Positions 12,983 to 26,239 of a DNA stretch of 64,000 nt are shown one piece after another. The notes under the pieces are model-generated. The model was not told the DNA's origin. It ran no database searches and worked only from the letters and a program-made list of their open reading frames with translations. The first letter of the stretch is position 1. Each line of letters opens with the position of its first letter. Source of the stretch: Schmidtea polychroa (Eukaryota); assembly GCA_044892525.1 (NCBI GenBank), contig CM097885.1:234424001-234488000 (forward strand). Direction: 5' to 3'. The position numbers were made by a program, and so were the translations under genes.

Positions 12983-14047
12983 TTATCTAAAAATAAACCA
13001 ATTTTGTTCGAGCTTATTTTTCAAAACATCATCCCAAGTTATTTGCTCGATCAATAATCTTATCATTCGAGTTATTTGTAATAAACCACCGATATCTTCT
13101 AGATTTAAAATATTATCAACAATAAATTGTATATTTCCCAAATATACTAAATATTGGTTATTATAATTCAACAAACGTATTTCCATTAACTCGTATTCAA
13201 AACCTAAATAAATCGCTAATTTTTTTCTTGTTTCTATTATTATTTTATCATCTAAAAATAAGTCAATTTTGTCGAATAGTCGTATCAATTGATTTGATAT
13301 TAAATTTTGATGTACTAATGTAATATTAGTTAACATGTTTTGTTCAAATCTTATATAGTCAATTTCTAATGGATCTAATATCGTATCATCATCAAATTCT
13401 TGGAATGGAATATCAACACCATCTTCAGTCACAGTTAAATCTCGTAAAAATACATCGGAAATAAAAGATGTATACAGAGCTTTTTTGCGGATATTGGTCA
13501 TAAAATTATCTTTAAATTTATCTTCAATAAAAGAACCAATTATCCTTTCAATAATTTCTTCATTTTTTTCATTAATTATCAATTTTCTAATTAAATGGTA
13601 TATTTTTGTTAAATAATTTGATGCTGAATCGGTATTTTCAACGAGTATTTTAATTCCGAAAAAACTAGTATTCAAATAATCATTGAGCACAATTATATAT
13701 TTTTTAAAATTTGCAAAAGGAGAATTTCGATTACGTGCTTTGATACTATTTAATATATATTCCAAATCCACAGGTGTTTTTCTTATATATTTTATCAGTT
13801 TGCGGTTGATATTTCTAATACAGGATCTAAAACGAAGTTTATAAAATTCTTGTTTCAGATTAAATAATCTCATATAATCTATAAATAAATCTTTCTTCTT
13901 TACTAAATCCAATTCAAGTCTGTCAAGCGGGCAATGAGTATAATCATTTAACCAATGTAAGAAACAATTAGTACAAAACGAATGGTTACAGCCAGTAGTT
14001 ATAAACAATTCTATAGCTAATTCATCGTAGCAAACAGTACATTCCAT
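12983..14047 (-). CDS. RING-finger protein, tandem copy
   Basis: Translation identical to 8358-9422. Confidence 0.75.
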   Translation of the reverse strand: MECTVCYDELAIELFITTGCNHSFCTNCFLHWLNDYTHCPLDRLELDLVKKKDLFIDYMRLFNLKQEFYKLRFRSCIRNINRKLIKYIRKTPVDLEYILNSIKARNRNSPFANFKKYIIVLNDYLNTSFFGIKILVENTDSASNYLTKIYHLIRKLIINEKNEEIIERIIGSFIEDKFKDNFMTNIRKKALYTSFISDVFLRDLTVTEDGVDIPFQEFDDDTILDPLEIDYIRFEQNMLTNITLVHQNLISNQLIRLFDKIDLFLDDKIIIETRKKLAIYLGFEYELMEIRLLNYNNQYLVYLGNIQFIVDNILNLEDIGGLLQITRMIRLLIEQITWDDVLKNKLEQNWFIFR

Positions 14048-17000
14048 TTTTCTTTTTTCGATAATTTTCAATACTTATCAATTTCTAACAAAATGGTATA
14101 TTCTTGATAAATATATTCCAAAATACTAATCATTCAAATAATAATTGCGCTCAATTATATACTTTTTAACATTTGCAAACGGTGAATTTCTATTACGCGT
14201 GTTGATAGTATTTACTATATATTTCAAATCCAAAGTGGCTTATATTATATATTTAAGCAATTTACAGCTTAAAGTTTAATTACAACTCCTAAAACATGAT
14301 TTATAAAATTCATGTTTTAAATTAATTAATCTTATATTATATATAAATAAACCATTCTTCATTAATAAATCAAATTCAATTCTGTCTAATGGACAATTAG
14401 AATGTCTTTCTAACCAACTTATTAAACAATTACTACAATAAACATGGTTACAACCAGTAGTTATAGTTGAATTTATTTTTTTTGCGGATATTATTCATGT
14501 AAATGTCTTTAAAATATAATTGGTCTTCAATAAAAGAAGTAATTATCTTTTGAATAACTAACTATTAGCTGATAGATAGTTTAATTTCTATGATGTGGTA
14601 TGTAAACGCTACTCATATATTCGTTTTACAATATATTTCGACAGTTTTTCTATCATCATCAGATAAAATAGAAAAACTAAAAGAATTTACTAAGTTTCAT
14701 TTTTAAAAAGAATGAAAAAATTATCTTTTCTTCAACACAAATTTTAAGAAAAAAAATATCTAATTCCTTTCTATAAAGTGCAAAATATGTCGTCATGAGT
14801 CTTTTGTTGAAATTTATTAATAGAATTCATTTTATAATAATGATATAGTGCTTCTACCCAATAGACAATTTGGATTTACCAATAACCAAGATAATAAACA
14901 ACCACTGCAAAACTTATGATTGCAAAGATTTATTGTTACGGAATTATGAATATCATTATAATTTCTTTTAATGAACAGGAAAATTGGTATCTAAAGAATA
15001 TTGTTCAAGGTTATAAAATCGATAAGAATGATGTCCTTACTCCAATTTGAAAAATTTCACAATTATTTTAATATATGCTTAATGAATGTTAATAAATGTA
15101 TTTAATTATATTTGTGTTTGTCTTTTCTTTCAAATAATAAAAATAATTTGTCAATTTTTAACAAAAAATTAAAAAATGAACATTTTATAATTATAAAATA
15201 CTTTTAATATAATATAATATAAATTAAAATATAATATATCTTTTATATAATATTTTAATATCAATTATAAAATAATTTAATAAAAAGATTGACTATGAAT
15301 CAGTAAATACTTTTTTATTTAATGATTCAATGTCAATCTTTTTAATAAATACAATAGTAATGGAAAATAAATCAATAGTGAAATTTGTAAGAAAAGTTCT
15401 TATAATACTATAAAATAATTCAAAATAAATAATGGTTAACTGAGGATTGACTTTCCAAACTTTTATCATCCGATAGAAGAAAAACAGTTTATAATTTTGA
15501 CTGGCTTTGCAGATCAATTGACTACATTTGTAGCATAGCAATTACAGGTGGTGCTTTACTGGGATTAACATTAAAAGGCGACGGTAATATTTCAAAGTAT
15601 GTGCTTTCATTGGATATTGAATCAAATACTTCTACCGATGTTTTGAAAAAAATCAACATAATCGCCATCATTTCTTTGTTTTGATGAGCAAAATTTATTT
15701 AGTTCATCAATAAGTCATGCATAATTATTTCTCAATTGATTTTGAAAAGATGTAATTTAAGGATTACAACTTTCAGCAATCAGCTTATTTTCTCATGGAG
15801 TTTTAAATTCAAATTATTGAGATGGCCAGTCATGTCTACAAGAAAATATAAATCTCAATACTAATTATCATCCGATAGATCGAATAAAATTAATGGTTTA
15901 ATATAAACACACATTAACTGTTCCATTTTTAACACTTGCTTGTACAAACTCTCTTAATGAAATGATGCAATGAAATATGTACAACTGATCAATTTATATA
16001 TTTCACCTTCACATAGTTTTGTATCATTCGCTATACTACGGTCACGATCAGTAGCAATTAAATATGAAGTTGATAGATCTAAATAATTTTCAACAAAACT
16101 ATTTCAAAACGCATAAAATTATAATATTTTCAATATTTTTAAAATTTTAAAATTTGCATAACATATGCATATCATATGACAATACATTATTTGATATGTC
16201 ATAAAACGGAAATTTGTTTCTTTTTTATTCACTATATAGATTCCAATATTATAACAGAATAAGGATTTTAATAATTTTTGAAAATATTTAAAAAATAATA
16301 ATTAAAATGTGCTGAACAAAATACTAAGACTTTATATCATGTTTGAAAATTTGAAAAATAAAATAATGCAAATTATGATTAATAATATAAAATCAATTAT
16401 ATAATGTAATTATGCATACAAAAAATTGTCCAGTGAAAATAACTTAAATAATTTAATGGATTCTGATTGGTTCATAATGATTTGCAAGTTTCTGTATAAA
16501 ATAGATGCAAAATAAAAAAATCATTTCTATAAAACGAAATAAAAGTGAGTTAATTTGCTACATACATAATCTTTCATAACTTTATTTTCTATAAATATAT
16601 GTTTGAAAGGATGTTATCAAGTTAAGTTTTGATACTATCAGTTTAATTAGGAACCCTTTTAATACAAGTTATACATCACTGAATGTAATATTTAAGGATT
16701 ACAATTACATATTCATTTAAAATATATATTTCTAATTTAAATTAATATTATGAAACTAATTACTAGGAACCAACAACTTTAAAACAAATATTATATAATA
16801 TACCAGTTGAAAAATTCAAGATATCAATCGAAAAATATTTTTGAAAATATTTTTGGCAATCAATAATCAAATTCAAATAAATGTAAATGTATCATTTATG
16901 AATTGTGTAAAGGATAGTATTTGATAAAGTTAATGAAATGAATCAGTGATTAGGATAAAATTCAAAGTTTAAAAAATTAAATCATTCTATTAAATTCATT

Positions 17001-19350
17001 TTGAAAAATTACTGAATCAAATAATTATTTTAAATTAAAATTAATTTTATAAAATCTTAAACTTTCTTTAATTTATGTAATTATGCAAAGATAATTTTTT
17101 TTGAACTCTTATCATTATAAATTAAAAGTCGTATATTTGATTAATTATTTCATTTTTATTTAATTATTTAATTTGAAGTTTTTTTAAATTTACTGTTTAT
17201 CTTTAAAAAATTAAATTTTATTATTTTCCATTTTTTAAATATAAATTAATTAATTTTTAAAATTTGAAAATTTTATTCAGACAGTGATTTCAAAATGAAG
17301 TGCATTCCGTTATATATGCTCTGAAATGTATGAAATTAGAAATTAAAAACGAGTTTTTAAAAGAAAGTTACACATTAAAATTACATGATAATTAATACAT
17401 TCATTTAAGTTAGATTGATACACACAATCCTCTTAAAAACGTAATCTTCTTAAATTACACATTGTTTTTTAAGATAATTTTATAAGAAAGTTCAAAAAAC
17501 AGTGCTATAATTCACGAATTAATTAAGTTTTATAAAATACATTACCTTATTTAAAATCTATTCCCTTAATTTATTATTTGATTAGATATAACTATAATTT
17601 CTCAGTCGATATCTTTTCTTAAAAATAAACTACTTAGTTTAAATTATTTCCCTAATTTCAAATACTTTTTTTACTTAAATTTGATAAATACACATCTTTT
17701 TTAATCAGTCCATACAATTATTTTCCAACATAAAATTCCTGATACTTTATTTATCTATAAAAGATTATGCACAAAAATATGTGAAACTATAATGAAACCT
17801 ATAGAAGTTATCGAGACTAAAATAATAAGGATTATTATTATTAAAGCTTATTAATCCAGAAAATTTACTCACAAAAATATTTAAATTTTTTTCATTCAGA
17901 ATTTTAAACTTTTTAAAAATTACATAAACATTTTCATTTAAAAATATTTTTTAGGCTTTTCAATTAAGACATATTACTTAAAATACAGTGATTGAATATT
18001 TTTTGAATTATTGTAAACCTAACTTTCGAATAACTTAACTATTAAAAATACAGTTTTAATATGATATTCGATATTATTATTATTTACAAAATCTTTATAA
18101 TAATATCAAATACAAAGAAATTCAAAAATTGAATTTTTATTAATATCTTCTAGCTTTATTAATATATTCTGGTCACCTTTTTACAATTTCAATAATTTCT
18201 TTGAATTTTTATTTAAAGCTTTAGTTTGTTTCATTTTAACTTTTAGATTTTTGTATATTTTACAAATTGAATATATTCATTAATTTTTCAATTCCAGTTT
18301 AAACAAAGTGAAACTTTTAAATTTAAAATGATCTAAAATTAATTCTAATTTCAAAAAAAAATTATTTAAGATATTCTTAATAATTTTTTCATATGTTACA
18401 AAATATATTGCTATGTTCTAAAACTTCAAATTCTTATACAAATTTATACATGTTATATTATTGTATATTTCTAATATTTTGTTCACCCCAATACCGTTGT
18501 AGTAGGTAGAGTATTGACTTACTGTAGAGATTAAAAAATTTTAAATTACTTTTTTAAAAGTATGATGAAATAAAATTTAGAATTTAAAAATAACAAAAAA
18601 GAATTGTAATTCTTTTTACTTTTGTTATCATGTTAATAAAAATTATTACGGTTTGTTATTGTTGTTATGTAATTGTTTTGTTTTTTATTGTAATAAAATT
18701 ATAATAAAGTCATAATATATTACCTACACAACATTCGCGCCAGCTGTCCAGAAAACGTTTTAAAGAAGACTCAGATGGCTCAACAGATTTGTTAACTACA
18801 TTTTTATAATATAACAATTAAGAACCATACATACATTTTTATTGATTGTTTTATTAAAATAAAATGTAAATATTTATACTAAATGAATTAGCACCTGCAC
18901 GTAAAGGAATATTTTTCAATAAAAAGTAATAAATATTTAGAGGTTTACATCTCGACTCAAAGTCGGTAGAATCATACATTTCCAATTATATTGAATATTT
19001 AACTTTTAAATACGCTAAATATATTTTCATTTGATCAATATTTAAAAACTTAAAACATGAAATTAATTGAGTAAAGAAATCTGTTTACAATTTAAAAATA
19101 TTGAATATTAAATTAAATAAAATTTTTTAATGAGAGAAACATTATATTAAATATATTTTTCAAAAACTTTCAAACTAAAATGCAATTAATAAATTTAACA
19201 AGTTTATGTTTTATATTAAATAAATAGTATAAATAGAACTGCAAAACTCTTTGAAATGAAGAGTAAAATAATATAGTATTAATAAAAATTAAAAATTATA
19301 TATATTAAAATTGCTATTAAAAATGTTAAAAAATGTTATATAACATCAGA

Positions 19351-19356
19351 TATTCA
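19351..19356 (+). repeat. Left target-site duplication TATTCA
   Basis: ...TAACATCAGA-TATTCA-AGTAGTG; same hexamer at 32691-32696. Confidence 0.9.
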
Positions 19357-20211
19357 AGTAGTGAATAGTAAGGACTCCAGGACACTTTCAAGGTCATCCC
19401 AATGTCCAGATCAAATATAGGTCAATCGAATCATTTTTTTTTTAATTAACATTTTATTTAATTACTTCTTTTTAATTTTTTTTTTTTTTTTTCATTTTAA
19501 TTTTATTAATTAATTATTTTATTATGTTTTATTTTAATTTATTACATTTAATTAATTTATTAGTTTATTAATATTTTATTTTAATTACTTACTCTATTTA
19601 ATTATTATTATTATTATTATTATTTTTTTTTTTTTTATTTTATATTTTTTTTTTTTAATTAATTTATTTATTTTTTAATTTTATTTAATTACTTCTATTT
19701 ATTTTTTTTTTTCTTTTTAATTTTCTTAATTAATTATTTTATTATGCTTTTATTTTAGTATTATTTTATTATTTTATTATTTTATTTATTATTATTATTT
19801 TTTTATTATTTTTTTTTATTTTTTATTTTTTATTTTATTTTTTATTTTTTATTTTTTTTTTTTTTTTAATTTTACATTTACATTATATTCTAACAAGAGG
19901 TAAATTATAACGATAATATTTCAATTTGAATAAAATTTTAATTAGTAATTATTCAATTTGAATAAATTTTAATTAGAAATTATTTAATTTATTATAAAAT
20001 AAAACGCTGAGTTAATTTTAGATAAACTGGATATTAATATTTCGGAAAAAATAAATAAATAAATAAAATAAACACAAAAATAATATTTCTTACTTGAAAC
20101 TAATTATCTAAATTAATTGGACAAATGAATAATTAAATGATAAAACACATTTTAATTAACTAAGTCAAACAATTCACAATATATATTTTATTATTCACAT
20201 AAATTTAATTG

Positions 20212-23200
20212 TTAAAGTGCTTGTTTCGATTTGCATTCATTTCTAGACATAGCAGTTGCAATATGCATTTGGCGAATCTTATAGTGACCGTAGGCATAAC
20301 TTTCATTACAATTGTACCAATACCTTTTATCGTCCAAACATTGGAGAGCTCGTTTTTCTGTCATGAAAGTATACAACTGATGATTGACACTTCCTATTCT
20401 TTTTTGTGGGATGCTCACTGTTCCACCATCAGTATACACTTTTTTATAGGCTTCATGTGTAAGATTAGAGTTTGTAAGTCTTATTCCTTTGGCTTTTAGA
20501 GTGTTTTTATCGCCTTGGAGTGAGTAGCACTTGGGTCGAAGAAACACCCATTCTTTATATTGATTTCCTTTATTCTCATCCTTGAATTTCCCGATTACCG
20601 AACAAATTTTATCTGAGAACAATGGATCAGTCACTGGATAATTTGAAGTATCTAGGAGCCCATCGGCAATCATTTTTGGATATAGTTGTAAGCGTAAATC
20701 TACATTTTTACACTCTAAAAAGAAGGAATCTGTGTCACCGGCTACGATATTAATTTGACAATTGAATTCTTCTCTATAACTCTGTAGTTCTTTATATTGA
20801 AACTGGTACATGCGAAGTTTGGATAAATCAAGTACGGTTTGTCCAATATACATTGGTCTATCTAAACACACAATTTCCTTATTGAGTATAACAGCAATGA
20901 GATCATCCGCAATCTTGATGCTACGACGAAACATAGGATTACTACAATAAGTTATCAATCTTTTGCTTTTGCTGCATAATCTCAAATTTATACGTTTCTT
21001 CAAGTTTTCCACAGTTTTACCGTATAAACTGTTGTTCTTTAACTTATAATAATCTCGCTGAAACGAATCTGTACTAGCTGCTCTCATTTTGGTATTGTAA
21101 TCAATATAGCCTTTGAAAATAGCCACTTGCTTGAATTCTACAGCACGATTAACTTTTGTGACTTTTGCGCCGTAACTCAACCACTCTGTCAAAACTCTAC
21201 CATTAACTACATAGTTTTTCTTAGGCTCATGAGTTAACAACAGCTTTTCAACTTTACTACCAGGTGGATAACAAAGCTCAGGAGCTATAGGTAAATCATC
21301 TAGTTTATCTTGTATACTATCAGGAATGACGATGTCAACCTCTAGAACATATCCAAGATCTCCATCAAACTTATCCCCATTTGCACATCTTTCAACAATA
21401 CCATTCATTTCAGTCTGATCATTTATCCATCTAAATTCACCAATAGGAAGTTTTTGCGACAGCGCCCATCCATATAAATTATTAACATCTAGGTATGACA
21501 TTTGTGTTGATTCATCAGCTTCAACATGATGTTTGTTGATAAATGTCATTCCACCACGAATACCAGCTTCAAATAAACGGTAAAGCTCTGGATCTTGAAT
21601 AAGTTCTACTGGTTCAGGTAACTGTTTAATAGCTGATGCCCAACTTAATCCGGGTATGGAAACAAACGATAGAGCCTCAAGTCCATCTTCGTCAAATGTT
21701 TTTTCTCTGAAAGCTTCAAAAACATCGGCCAACAGAAAAACATCCAACTTGAGATATACTAGCATGTAATCTAGCAGTGTCTCACAGTTGTATTGTCGCC
21801 AGATTCGATTTGCATGTATATAATCTTCTTGACTAACTCCCTCCCAAATCGGTGGTAATTCTGTTATTGACTGTAAAACATCCATTGATGTAGCCATATC
21901 ATAAGGAAATATGCCTTTACCAGTTATTAAATGCGAATTGAAAATCTTTGAAGTAAGTGGAAGACGTGGCAAGTTTTTTGATAAATTTGCCAAGCTGCTA
22001 TTTAAAAATTGTAAAGAATCAATGAATCTAATTCTTCTGCCTTTCGATGTCGCTGTAAGTGTGAGAAACTTTTCTGTTGATTGAGGAATAACAATTAAAT
22101 TCCAATCGGGGAATTTTCCAATTGCATATTTTAATATATGATGAATGTCATATCCACGAAGATTATGAAATACAACAGGTAAAGACGGATTGATTCTTCT
22201 AGCCAAATTACAATCTTGACACGCTGCTCCGAGATATTGACCGGTAAAATGATCATGATCCCGAACAGGTATATTGATAATCTTTTTACAAAGGTAGCAA
22301 TGAGTTTGATTCGTAAATTCTTCCTGCTGTTCCCAAGTGAGTTCCATCATTTCCTTCGATCCATTAATTTTATACCACGGATAAACTATGTCTGTAGCTA
22401 TATCATCCAATGCTTGTATAAACTGAATGATACAGTTTTTCCCAACAAATGTTTCATTTCGAATCGGACAACCTTGATGAAGAAGCACAAATTCAGATGC
22501 AATCGGCTCATGTTTTTGGAAGTGCTTGTCATCTAGAGGTAATATTGATTCAAAGTCCGCGTAGACAACAAACTGCTGTTTTATAGTTTTACTCCAGTCT
22601 TTAAATTCGATATATTTATTCTCTGGCATTGAGTATAGAGTCGTCCGCTCCACATTCTTCCTACAAAGACCTATATGTCTTTCAAAAGCAGGACGTTTTT
22701 GAAACCCATGAAGACACGTATGACACCAATGTGATTGGATTCTGACTCCTTCTACTCTATCTCTGTAATTGAGCAGTCGATCGAGATTAGTTACAGCCAA
22801 AAAATGATAATTTAATTCTAAAATTTAGTTAATATTTTTAATGATTAAAAGAAATATTACCTTCTTCAATCAATAAGAGATATAATTGACATCCCGTCGA
22901 AGTACTTCTATATACCAAGTCAACGAAGGGATTCTTGAAAATATCATTAGTTTTTTGTTTAATTGGATCTTTATTATATTTGAGAACATTGATCGCTAGA
23001 TTAGGATTCATTGCCTCAAATTGGCAAATGTTAACCAACTTCATTGGAAACCAATCTGATTTCCATTTTAACTCTAAATATATATATTTTTAGAATGATA
23101 TAAATATATATTACCACTTAAATTATATTTCATTACTCTTTCTCTGTGGTGTTTTATGTCATCATAATGTAATACGGCCAGTATGCTATATAAAAAGCAG

Positions 23201-24187
23201 AATTGATCATTATTTTGAACATTAACTAAAGCCTGGCAGTTTTTCAGGTAATTTGGCGCTTTAATGTAACTTGAACCTAAGTAAATATCTTGATTTATAT
23301 ATATAATAATGTAAATAAACTTACCAGATACATGTATTATGTCTGATAATTTAGTTAAAATCATAGTAACTTCTAATATTTTATGAATTCTCCACCCACT
23401 ACTTTGTTGAGTGTATTTCTCCAACTTTTCTTTTAATTTTTCAATTCCATCATTAATAAATGAAGATGACATTGTAATTGCTTTATTCGACAAACACCAT
23501 TTTTTAATTTCACCATCCTCTTTGATAAACTCTGCACAAAGTCCAAATTGGATTTTTACTGTACCCATTCGTTGAATATGATCTTCTATTTCTCTGATGA
23601 GACAATCTGGAACAACAATGTCAGGAGAATTAATTGCAGATACATCGCTTGTCAATTCAACACGAGAACCATTTAAGTCAGACTCCCGACGTGGACACAA
23701 TTGTATGTTAGAGTCTCCATTTCCGTAAAATATTGACTTTCGTTTTGTGGTGCCAGAGTTTTGTCTAACTATATTTATAATTAATATTAAACAACTTAAA
23801 TAACATAACTTGTAACATATTCTTTAATCTGCTTAGGATCGTATGATGTATTCATTTTCGGTTGTACTATAAAAAATTAATAATTGTTAATAGTAGAAAG
23901 AGTATTACTTTTAGTGATCATCCTGCTCTTCGTTTCTTCGAATCTTCTAAGATGGTGTCCGTGTTGTCGTACAAACATTAACCACCTACCTGGTGATATA
24001 ATGAGACATTCCGGACATATGTAACCCGATAAGGTAGAGTCATTTATCTTGAAATATGATGATGTAACTGATTTACAGTTCTCCACATCTTCATGACTTT
24101 CGGCAATACAAAATTTATATAAACTGCATCCGTTCACTAAAAGAAAATAATCATTAATATTAGATAGAGAATAAAAAATTATTCACT
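20212..24187 (-). CDS. pPolB: Mirror copy of spliced pPolB (introns 24137-24186, 23867-23908, 23769-23809, 23277-23324, 23074-23114, 22818-22860)
   Basis: The ORF translations (862, 68, 208 and 86 aa) are identical to those of the + strand copy. Confidence 0.9.
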
Positions 24188-24209
24188 TATATAAGTTAAA
24201 TTAAAAGTT

Positions 24210-24347
24210 TAAATGACAAACATTTGAAAAGTTACTGCTTATATATTACACATGATTAAATTCTGACCAATCAAAATCAAGGAAGGGGTAGGAAAAATAA
24301 ATATATTCTGACCAATCAAAATCAAGGAAGGGGTAAGAAAAATAAAT
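24210..24347 (-). promoter_or_regulatory. Mirror copy of putative pPolB promoter
   Basis: Reverse complement of 27698-27835 with one substitution in the distal repeat. Confidence 0.55.
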
Positions 24348-24919
24348 GTGTTACAGTATTTTAAAAGTTCAATATATTTTAAAACACATTTTGATGCTAA
24401 AGTTGACTTATTTAACATTTTCATAATAATTTAATAAAAATAATGTGATGAACCCACAAAGTAATATCATTTTTCATCAAATTGCAAAACAGTAATAACG
24501 TTTTTATAAAATTGTAACAAAATAATAACATATTTCAGATAAATTTTCAACAGTTGTAAAATATTTAAACAAATTGTAACAAGATTAGAAAATATTACAA
24601 CAAAGTAGTAACATATTTCAGAAAATTTCAACAAAGTTGTAAAATATTTATCAAATTGTAACTAAAATAATAAAAATATTGCAACAAAGTAATAAAATAA
24701 TGATGTTAATTGGGACAAATCAATACATTATTTCGAAGACGGACAACAAATTAAAAAGAATATTGTAATAAATTGTAAAGTCTTTCAGTAAATTACAACA
24801 AAGTAATAACATATTTCGGAAATATTTCACCAGATGTAAAATATTTAAGCAAAATGTTATAAGATTATAAAAATATTGCAACAAAGTAATAAAATAATAC
24901 AACATTTTAAACTCTAGAT

Positions 24920-25660
24920 CAATCCATTTTATAGAAAATTAAATTTTATCTCTATAATATATGAATAAATATACAAGGAAATTACGTTAACTGTATGAAA
25001 AATACAAATTTATCGTAAAAAACATGTGTGTATTACACACAACATACAAGACATAATTTTTAATCAAGCTATTTTATAGAAAATTAAATTTTATCTATAT
25101 AATATATGAATAAATATTCAAGGAAATTACGTTAACGTATAATAAATACAAATTTATCATAAAAACATGTGTGTATTACACAAAAAAACAAGATACATAA
25201 TTTCTAATCAATCCATTTTATAGAAAATTAAATTTTATCTATATATTATATGAATAAAATCCTAAGAAAATTACGTTAACTATATGAAAAATACAAATTT
25301 ATCTTAAAAACATGTGTGTATTACACACAGAACAAGATACATAATTTCTAATCAATCCATTTTATAGAAAATTAAATTTTATCTATATATTATATGAATA
25401 AAATCCTAAGAAAATTACGTTAACTGTATGAAAAATACAAATTTATCGTAAAAACATGTGTGTATTACACACAAAGCGACAAACTAAAATTGTAATTGAG
25501 CCATTTTATAGAAAAATAAATTTTATCTATATAATATATGAATAAAAATCCAAGAAAATTACGTTAACCGCGCGAAAAATACAAATTTATCGTAAAAACA
25601 TGTGTGTATTACACACAAAGCGACAAACTAAAATTGTAATTGAGCCATTTTGTAGAGAAT
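24920..25660. repeat. ~144-bp tandem repeats with internal palindromes (about 5 units, left arm)
   Basis: Recurring CCATTTTATAGAAAATTAAATTTTATC...TTACGTTAAC...CATGTGTGTATTACACACA at ~144-146-bp spacing. Confidence 0.85.
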
Positions 25661-25825
25661 TAAATTCTGCCTATACATGGTTACACTTAAATCCCAATCG
25701 AACAAAGAGAAAAGAGAGAAAAAGAGAGAGAAAAAACAGTAGAGTAGGGTATTGTGTGGACCCGGGTGAAACCTTTGCATAGATCTCTTCAAGACCTTAC
25801 GAATGATGTGAATAAAATATAATTA

Positions 25826-25961
25826 TATTTTAAAATACCGCAACGTAATATATTTTTAAAATACCTCAACGTAATATATTTTTAAAATACCGCAACGTAA
25901 TATAAATTTTAAAATACCGCAACGTAATATAAATTTTAAAATACCGCAACGTAATATAAAT
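25826..25961 (+). repeat. Five 26-27-bp tandem repeats (TTTTAAAATACCGCAACGTAATATA..)
   Basis: TAAAATACC starts at 25831, 25857, 25883, 25910, 25937. Confidence 0.9.
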
Positions 25962-26045
25962 TAAAAAAAAAATTTAAAAAAAAAATTAAAAAAAAAAAAA
26001 AATTTAAAAAAAAAATAAAAAAAAAAAAAAAAAATTTAAAAAAAA

Positions 26046-26085
26046 ATACCCCCCTCCCCCCCGGATGGGAGGGGGAGGGGGGTAT
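26046..26085. other. Perfect 15-bp GC-rich stem-loop
   Basis: ATACCCCCCTCCCCC-ccggatggga-GGGGGAGGGGGGTAT. Confidence 0.85.
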
Positions 26086-26122
26086 GACGTCATATGTCTT
26101 TGTGACGTCATCGATGACGTCA
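26085..26122. promoter_or_regulatory. Three consensus CRE/ATF sites (TGACGTCA)
   Basis: TGACGTCA at 26085, 26103 and 26115; the last two form the 20-bp palindrome TGACGTCATCGATGACGTCA. Function is inferred from the motif only. Confidence 0.55.
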
Positions 26123-26239
26123 TATGTCTTTGTTCCCGGGTCCACACAATACCCTACTCTATTGTTTTTTCTCTCTCTTTTTCTCTCTTTTCTCTTTGTT
26201 CGATTGGGATTTAAGTGTAACCATGTATAGGCAGAATTT

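Larger units (their letters stand above)
2475..15418. repeat. Three tandem RING-containing subunits (~3.7, 4.6, 4.6 kb)
   Basis: The unit start TAAAAACTTTTCTTTTAATT recurs at 2475, 6182 and 10796; only two subunits are present in the next large unit (33645-41970). Confidence 0.9.
1521..19350. repeat. Large host tandem unit, copy 1 (~17.8 kb)
   Basis: Colinear with 32691-45611 and with the unit starting at 45612. Confidence 0.9.
19357..25766 (-). repeat. Left arm of giant inverted repeat (6,410 bp)
   Basis: Reverse complement of 26135-32690. Mirrored ORF coordinates sum to 52045 (e.g. 20212+31833, 24720+27325). Symmetry ends at CCCGGG 25761-25766. Confidence 0.95.
25767..26134. other. Unique 368-bp central spacer of the palindrome
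   Basis: Non-symmetric sequence between the two CCCGGG arm ends; contains a minisatellite, poly-A tract, GC hairpin and TGACGTCA motifs. Confidence 0.9.

Noticed and set aside
15430..16090. Slightly GC-richer stretch with possible minus-strand exon remnants (e.g. LIATDRDRS, weakly cadherin-like); copy at ~41980-42640
   Set aside because: Frequent stops and only a five-residue motif; I cannot build a gene model or assign a family by eye
20209..22536. ORFs 20209-20499 and 22216-22536, with mirrors 376-666, 29509-29829 and 31546-31836
   Set aside because: Antisense shadows of pPolB
1..25766. Alternative reading: one large element whose TIRs are the inward-facing pPolB arms (1-1520 and 19357-25766), carrying the RING genes as cargo
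   Set aside because: The empty site at 45612 and the TATTCA duplication place the element ends at 19357 and 32690. The AGTAGT termini face the RING region, which is therefore host flank.
25826..25961. CRISPR-like array
   Set aside because: The repeats are contiguous with no unique spacers, no cas genes are present, and the context is eukaryotic
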